64,000 nt of DNA from Salpingoeca rosetta (taxonomy: Eukaryota; Protista; Choanoflagellata). Position 1 is the stretch's first letter. Every line of letters starts with the position of its first letter. A program made the position numbers and the translations under genes. Where the stretch lies: positions 1,757,327 to 1,821,326 of the forward strand of contig JAWQFM010000011.1 of NCBI GenBank assembly GCA_033442325.1, in the 5' to 3' direction. Of the stretch, positions 56,089 through 64,000 are shown piece by piece. The notes beneath the pieces were generated by a model. The model had not been told where the DNA came from. It saw only the letters and a program-made list of their open reading frames with translations, and did not search any database.

Positions 56089-58187
56089 CTCTTGCGCTCT
56101 TCAACAACCACTGCCACACGCACACAGACACACGCACACTGTTCCCTCACAAGAACGACAACCCCTCCCCTAATCCTCCCCGTCTTCCTTTTTCCCCCAC
56201 CCTTTCCCCCTCCCCTTTTCCTTTCTCAACACCCAGGTGGAGTACCACGTTCAAGCAGTCGATTGCCAACATTGGCCATGTGCTGCTGGTGCTCATGCCG
56301 TGGCGGGACCCTGTTCCCTTGACACGCGCGTGGTGTTTGTGGGAGATCTTCTGTGGCATCAGTAACGAGGCCACAGAGGTCAGCATCCGCTTGCCCAAAA
56401 GCGAGGAGTTAGAACTGGTCCTAGCCATCGCGGATGACTATGAAGCCGTCACAGACACGCTGGTGCGCGTGCAGGCACAAAGAGCCGACGCCTTCAACCC
56501 ACACGACAAACACATGATCTTCACGGCGATCGAGTCGTGGGCGGGTGGCTTCAGCGCAGTCAACCAGGCCGTGAAGGACAAGCTGCGCGCGTGGTGCCTG
56601 CAAAAGGCGGTGGGTGCCGTCGAAGCCATGCGGGCACGAGGCGAGGACAGCACTGACGCCTTCGCGGGGCTGTGTGGCCAGGTTGGGACGGTGCTCAGCC
56701 AGTTTGGCGAGCACAACAAGGCCATTGCCTACTACGAGACAGCGCTGGCAATTCGGCTGCGCACTGAAGGGGAGAAAGGAAGAAACGCGGCAGCATTGTA
56801 CGGCAACCTCGGCAACGCCTACGGCGACAAGGGCGACTTCGACAAGGCGATTGAGCTGTGTAAGAAGGCCCTCGCCATCAAGGTGGAGACGCTGGGGGAG
56901 AAGCACTCGAGCACAGCTGTGACATACAACAACCTCGGCAACGCCTACAGGAACAAGGGCGAGTACGACAAGGCGATTGAGTTTTATGAGAAGGACCTCG
57001 CCATCACGGTGGAAGTGCTGGGTGAGAAGCACCCGAGCACAGCGAGCACGTACGGCAACCTCGGCGCCGCCTACCACAGCAAGGGCGACCACGACAGGGC
57101 CATCCACTACTACGAGAAGGCCCTCGCCATACAGGTGGAGACGTTGGGTGAGAAGCACCCGACCACAGCGAGCACCTACAACAACCTCGGCGCCGCCTAC
57201 AAGAACAAGGGCGACTACGACAGAGCGATTGAGTGTTATGAGAAGGCCCTCGCCATCAAGGTGGAGACGCTGGGCGAGAAGCACCCGAGCACAGCACAGA
57301 CGTACAACAACCTCGGCATCGCCTACAAGAACAAGGGCGAGTACGACAGAGCGATTGCGTTTTACGAGAAGGACCTCACCATCACAGTGGAGACGTTGGG
57401 CGAGAAGCACCCAGGGACGGCCACGTCGTACTTCAACATTGGCCTGCTGCACGCCAAGCGCGGGGACAAGGAGCAGGCCTGCGCCTACATCCAACATGCA
57501 CTCGACGTTTTTGCGACCACGCTCGGGCCACATCACCCAAACACCCGCAAGGCCAAGCAAAACCTGCAGCGCATTCGCGGTGGTGCTGTGACCAGGCAGC
57601 ACACATCCACGCAACACGTGTCAGAGTCTCAACTTCAGCAGCAAAACGTGCTTGCTCATCGCAACCTTCTTCTTCGGTTCATCTCGTCTGCTGTTGTGTA
57701 CCAGGCGTTTGCTCCACAACGCAACTTGCTCATGCGGTTTCTCGGTGCAGTTGCACAGGTTCACGCTGAGGCAAGACGCCCAGCAAACACGGGCAGTGAC
57801 GGTGAAGACAAGAAGACAGAGACTGGGCACGATTGTCCTCGTGGCTGCTCTGCACCAGCAAGAGCGTTGTACAAGGACGCTTGCAAGTGCCCTGGTGAGC
57901 CACTGATCGGCTGGTTGCGGAAGCGAGGGCGGCTAAGGGCCGCCTTTCGCACTCGCTGGTGCGCACTCATCGACGACCGCCTGACGTACAGCAAGGGTCC
58001 TTCCCTGGCAGAACGTGGGCGCATCCCCCTTTCCAGCGTGCTGTCAGCTGAGCTTGTCCATGGTGGCGAGGAGTTACACGTTGCTGTTTCTGGTCGCACC
58101 TTCGTCTTCCGCCTGCACGCGCGCTCTGACACCTCGCTGGCAGACTGGTGCACCGCCATCAACAGCCGGATCAACGCCACCACTTGA
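55549..58187 (+). CDS. HET/TIR-like domain + 42-aa TPR array + C-terminal PH domain. Exons 55549-55931, 56237-58187
   Basis: Motifs [19 protein letters not shown] and [10 protein letters not shown]. Kinesin-light-chain-type TPRs ([38 protein letters not shown]). PH domain GWLRKRG...FRTRWCAL...RGRIPL...RTFVF...WCTAI. One phase-2 GT-AG intron. Confidence 0.9.
55985..56147. repeat. Tandem duplication (~102-bp period) in the TPR-gene intron
   Basis: The 61-bp block AACTCTTGCGCTCTTC...CACTGTTCCCT occurs at 55985-56045 and 56087-56147, each copy preceded by (GT)n. Confidence 0.9.
56787..57416 (+). repeat. Coding tandem array of five 126-bp TPR units with high internal DNA identity
   Basis: Units start at 56787, 56913, 57039, 57165 and 57291, sharing CAACCTCGGC...GCCTAC...AAGGGCGA...GGTGGA...GAGAAGCAC. 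Divergent capping repeats lie on both sides. Confidence 0.95.
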
Positions 58188-59319
58188 CTGTGTGCTGTGT
58201 TTGTGTGTGTGTATGTGTGTGTGTGTGTGCTTGTGTTTGCTGGTTTGTCTCTTTGCTCCTTTGGTCCTGTCTTTCCTTCAAGTGCTTGCTTGCCACTTGC
58301 TTTGACTTGCTTGACGTTGCTTGTTTGTCGCTTTAGTAAACGCTTCACGCAATCCAACCGGCTGACAACGAGCAAACAACCTACCATACCATACGTCAAC
58401 CAAACACTGGCAACCAAACAGGTCCTCTTTCACCCTCGCGTCCAAGCACACAACGCCCGCCTTGCGCACCAGCAGCTCCAGGGTGCTGCCGGTGGAAAAG
58501 TAGTTCCGTCAGCACGTTGGACTGCAACAGTATCTGCAGGCAGCGGGTTCGGCCGCTCAACGTGCACGACGCCCAGCAGCCTCGTCAGAGGGCTGGGTCG
58601 CCAGACTGGACTCGTTGTCCGTCCCCGACCGTGCGGAACAGCACGTCGTCGCTGCACGCCCACGCCAATCGAGAACGCCGGCTTGAGCGCGTGGATGCGC
58701 CCAACTCTCGTCCTGCACCTCCGCTACCGTTAATTCCTCCTCGGGGTTCAGGTCGCCCGTCCCCAGCGACAGGTCCCACCATCCCAAGGGCTGCAGCGAC
58801 ATCAGGAACGTGAAGAGGTCTGCGTTCCAGCAGCGTGCTTCTGCAACCCTGTCTCCTCGTCAGTCTTTCTGCGCACTGTGCCCACGAACACGGCGGCAAT
58901 CCCTGACGGCAGCTGCAGCTTCGTCTCGAACGGCGCCTGCAGCGTCTTCTTGTTGACGACCGCGTGCGTGTCCTTGCCCACATCGCGCGCGCGCGTGTCC
59001 TCGGGCGAGACGTTAGAGCACGTCTCCTGAGTTTGGGGCGCACCCGTCCACCTGCTCAAACCACAATCGTGTTGATGGTGTTGACGGTGCTGTAACATGC
59101 GCTTGGGGGTCTCGGCGGCCAACACACGGGTACGTCGGGGTCGGTGAGCGACCTGAACCCAAACGGCCGTGGCGGCGGTGGTCGATGGTGAGCCCACCAT
59201 CCCCGTTGACGCATCCCAACAGACGTGTTTGCTCTTGATGGTTGTTGGTGCTGGGGAGCGAGAGAGGAAACGACGCCACGGTAGACGGGCAAATGACTCG
59301 GCGTGGATGTGGAGACGTG

Positions 59320-61195
<1,876 letters not shown>

Positions 61196-61362
61196 CGGGC
61201 TGTGGTGTGTGTGTGTGTGTGTGTGTGTGTGGCTGTGTGGGGTGGGAAGGGTGCAATTGACGTATCGAACGCATTTGTGTCGTGACCCCCCACACCATGC
61301 AAGGGAGGCATACCAAGGGTGGTACTTCAACAAAAGGGAACAATCCAAAAGTGTCGCCTCGC

Positions 61363-61462
61363 NNNNNNNNNNNNNNNNNNNNNNNNNNNNNNNNNNNNNN
61401 NNNNNNNNNNNNNNNNNNNNNNNNNNNNNNNNNNNNNNNNNNNNNNNNNNNNNNNNNNNNNN
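61363..61462. other. Assembly gap
   Basis: 100 N. Confidence 1.
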
Positions 61463-61848
61463 TCTGCTGTTCTTTCTACAACCAGCTTTGTTTGTGTAGT
61501 AGTTGCTGTGGTTGCTTTCCTCGTCCGCCACTGCCCATCATCATCCGCACCACTGCAGGCAGCAGCCAAAGAAACGCCAACAACACCACCACACAGGTTT
61601 GTTTGTTCTTCCACATGACATGTGTGTGTGTGTGTGTGCTTTGATGAGTTGTTTCGTCAACAGACATGTTTCCCTCACCATCACCATCACGTGTTCGTGT
61701 TGTCGCAGACGAGGCACAAGCGCATAGCAACGGCAATGTGGTGCCTCTCTCTCACTCACTCACTCACTCACACACACACACACACACACTCACTCACTCA
61801 CTCACTCACTCACTCACTCACTCACTCACTCACTCACTCACACACACA

Positions 61849-62271
61849 ACCTCGATCGACCAGGCCATGCACTGCGGCATGGTGAGATACAGACACCAGG
61901 GGCGTGCCACTTGAGAGCATCATAATCTTTCCCTGTTACACCAGCTGCCCTGAGGTGACTGCGTGCTTGTGCACGTGCGTGTGTGCTTGCGTGTACGCCT
62001 GTGCGTAACACCGTGTGTTTCCAGCGGAAATGGTGTATCATGTATGATGGTGCCATGGTGTATTGAAGATGCTGATGCACTGCGCATGCTGAACTTTTGA
62101 CCTCAGCTACACTTCCCTCCCTTGTCGCTCACTGCCATCACCATCACCTTTACCATGTACAAGGAAGGCGTTGTTGCGCAGGAGCTCGTCAAGATCAGCG
62201 GCCGCTGCAGGCCCAGCCACCAGATCTTCAACTTCCACGAAGGTGAAGGAGGATCGTGTGTGTGTGTGTTG

Positions 62272-62303
<32 letters not shown>

Positions 62304-62323
62304 TGTGTGCGTGTGCGCGTGTG

Positions 62324-62385
<62 letters not shown>

Positions 62386-63324
62386 CAACAAGTTGATTGA
62401 TGGGATTTCAACTCGACTGTATGCACACTCACCTACTATCTTGATCCATACACACGAACCCCCCCCCACAAACAACATCACACAACCTGTTGGCAGCAAG
62501 TGTGTGTGTTGTACAAGAAGCCACTGCTGGAGAGTGAGACCATGGGCACGGGCACCAACGTCGACGTCATTGTGCCGCACACCACCAACTCATTCAGCCG
62601 ACAGCGGCGACGCAGAAGCAGGTGTGGATGTTGTGTGCACGTGCGTGCATTTGTGTAGCTTACACGATCGTTTGCATCCTATCCAGCCCCATCTCCTCAT
62701 CACCACTCAACATCCCTTCTTTCATCTTCTTTTTCTGTTCTCAGGTGGCGGCATCCCCATGTGCACGCTGCGCAACTTCCCGCACCTCATTGACCACTGC
62801 ATCGAGTGGGCGCGGGCCAAGTTCACGGACCTGTTTGTGAGCCCGGCGTCGCAGCTGCAGCAGTTCTTGGAGGATCCTGAGGGATTCACCTCGGGGCTGG
62901 AGACGAAGTTTGAGCAGCACGAGCGGATTGGCGCCCTCGAACGCGGCGTGGACACGCTCAAGGCCATCAAGGACCTCGCCGCACAGGTGCTGGTGTTGTT
63001 GTTGTTGTTGAAGGTGGCAGCGTGTGGTAATTGTGTGATGGAGGTTGTGGAGGTGATGACACGCCCTTTCCTGGTGATGAGGGTTCACACCACCGTAACA
63101 CCGCCACCACTACAGCTGGCGCGTGTTATTCCTCAGCTGCAAGAGAAGCCGACGATGGAGACGTGTGTGTCGCTGGCGTGGCGTGACTTTCACGCGTTTG
63201 TCCGCCACGTCATTCTGGACCTCATCGCCACCTTCCCCGCAGGCGCAAAGACCAAGCGTGGAGAGCCCTTTTGGTCAGCTGAGGACTCGCGTGTGTGCGT
63301 GCGTGTGTGTGTGTGTGTGTGCGC

Positions 63325-63355
<31 letters not shown>

Positions 63356-63787
63356 TGTGCGTGTGTGTGTGCGTGTGCGTGTGCGTGTGTGTGTGTGTAT
63401 GGTTGGGTTCGCTCTGGCAGCACCATCCACACCGCAACTGACCGTTTTCTCGCCTCGCCCCTCGCCCCTCGCCCCTCGTGTGTGTGTGCTGCCCATAAAG
63501 CCTACAAGATCTTCCCCGAGGTGCTCGAGTTTGATCCGCAGAATCCGTTGCACAAGGAGTTTCTGATTGCCGCCGCCAACCTCTACGCATGCGTCTTCAA
63601 GGTGGGCTGGCTGTGGGGTGCCTTCTTTGCTTGGGGGTTAGATGGTGGTGGGGGGTTGCTTTGGGGTGAGGTGGTGGTGGCGGTTGCGTGCGGTCGTTTT
63701 CTGCTGACACCACTGCCTCATCTGCGATGATGTTCAGGTACACCCGACCAAGTACCCGAGCGAGGAGAACAAGCTCCACACCAAGCG
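61849..63787 (+). pseudogene. Disrupted ubiquitin-activating enzyme E1 (UBA1/UBA6 family) fragment; may continue beyond the window
   Basis: GVVAQELVKISG, KKPLLESETMGTGTNVDVIVPHTTNS, IPMCTLRNFPHLIDHCIEWARAKF (catalytic Cys at 62762-62764), GEPFWS, FDPQNPLHKEFLIAAANLYA. The adenylation core (GxGxxG...SNLNRQ) is missing between 62241 and ~62490, ESG is changed to ESE, and there are frameshifts at ~62505 and ~62595. Confidence 0.8.
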
Positions 63788-64000
63788 GTGAGCCGCGATG
63801 GCATGGGCTTTGCTTGGAGCTTTTTGCAGCATTGAATGGCTACGACGCTTGTGACTCGACACACACACACACACACACACATACACATGCACACACCCAC
63901 CCACATGCACATGCACACACACACACACACATGCGCACACACACACATACACACACAAATTCTCATGCCGTTCCTCATGCTTGCGCATGATGTGCCTTGT

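Noticed and set aside
56787-57560. Kinesin light chain orthologue
   Set aside because: Only the 42-aa TPR type is shared. There is no N-terminal heptad region, and it has a HET/TIR-like N-terminus and a PH C-terminus instead.
58430-59300. GC-rich, coding-looking stretch with several short ORFs on both strands
   Set aside because: No recognisable motif or consistent frame. Possibly another decayed gene fragment, but I cannot support a call.
63788-63791. Apparent in-frame TGA in the E1 fragment
   Set aside because: It overlaps a good donor site (CG|GTGAG), so it is probably intronic and was not counted as a lesion.

Overview
Intron-dense eukaryotic genomic DNA with (GT)n/(CA)n-packed introns, GC-rich exons and four assembly gaps. 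The style and gene content fit a unicellular holozoan, probably a choanoflagellate such as Salpingoeca (inference). Genes were assembled by hand from spliced exons, since most ORF-track entries are microsatellite or antisense noise. Left to right: Src-family tyrosine kinase (5' truncated, +), enolase (-), topoisomerase II (+), ankyrin-DHHC palmitoyltransferase (-), YIPF3 (+), RIO2 kinase (-), CNNM Mg2+ transporter (+), a ~19 kb IP3-receptor-family channel (-), a small spliced Smr-domain nuclease gene split across ORF-track fragments (+), an intronless orphan ~7-TM protein (-), a HET/TIR-like + 42-aa TPR array + PH-domain gene (+), then decayed FANCD2 (-) and ubiquitin E1 (+) copies. The best candidate for an undescribed system is the NTPase-less TIR/HET-TPR-PH receptor with hypervariable 126-bp repeats, in an accessory block (about 51-64 kb). 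Other oddities: an IP3R keeping IP3/Ca2+ ligands but lacking the GGGVGD filter, a Src kinase with Phe at the activation-loop Tyr, a DHAC palmitoyltransferase, and introns bracketed by complementary GT/AC tracts. Homology calls come from motif recognition by eye, not database searches.
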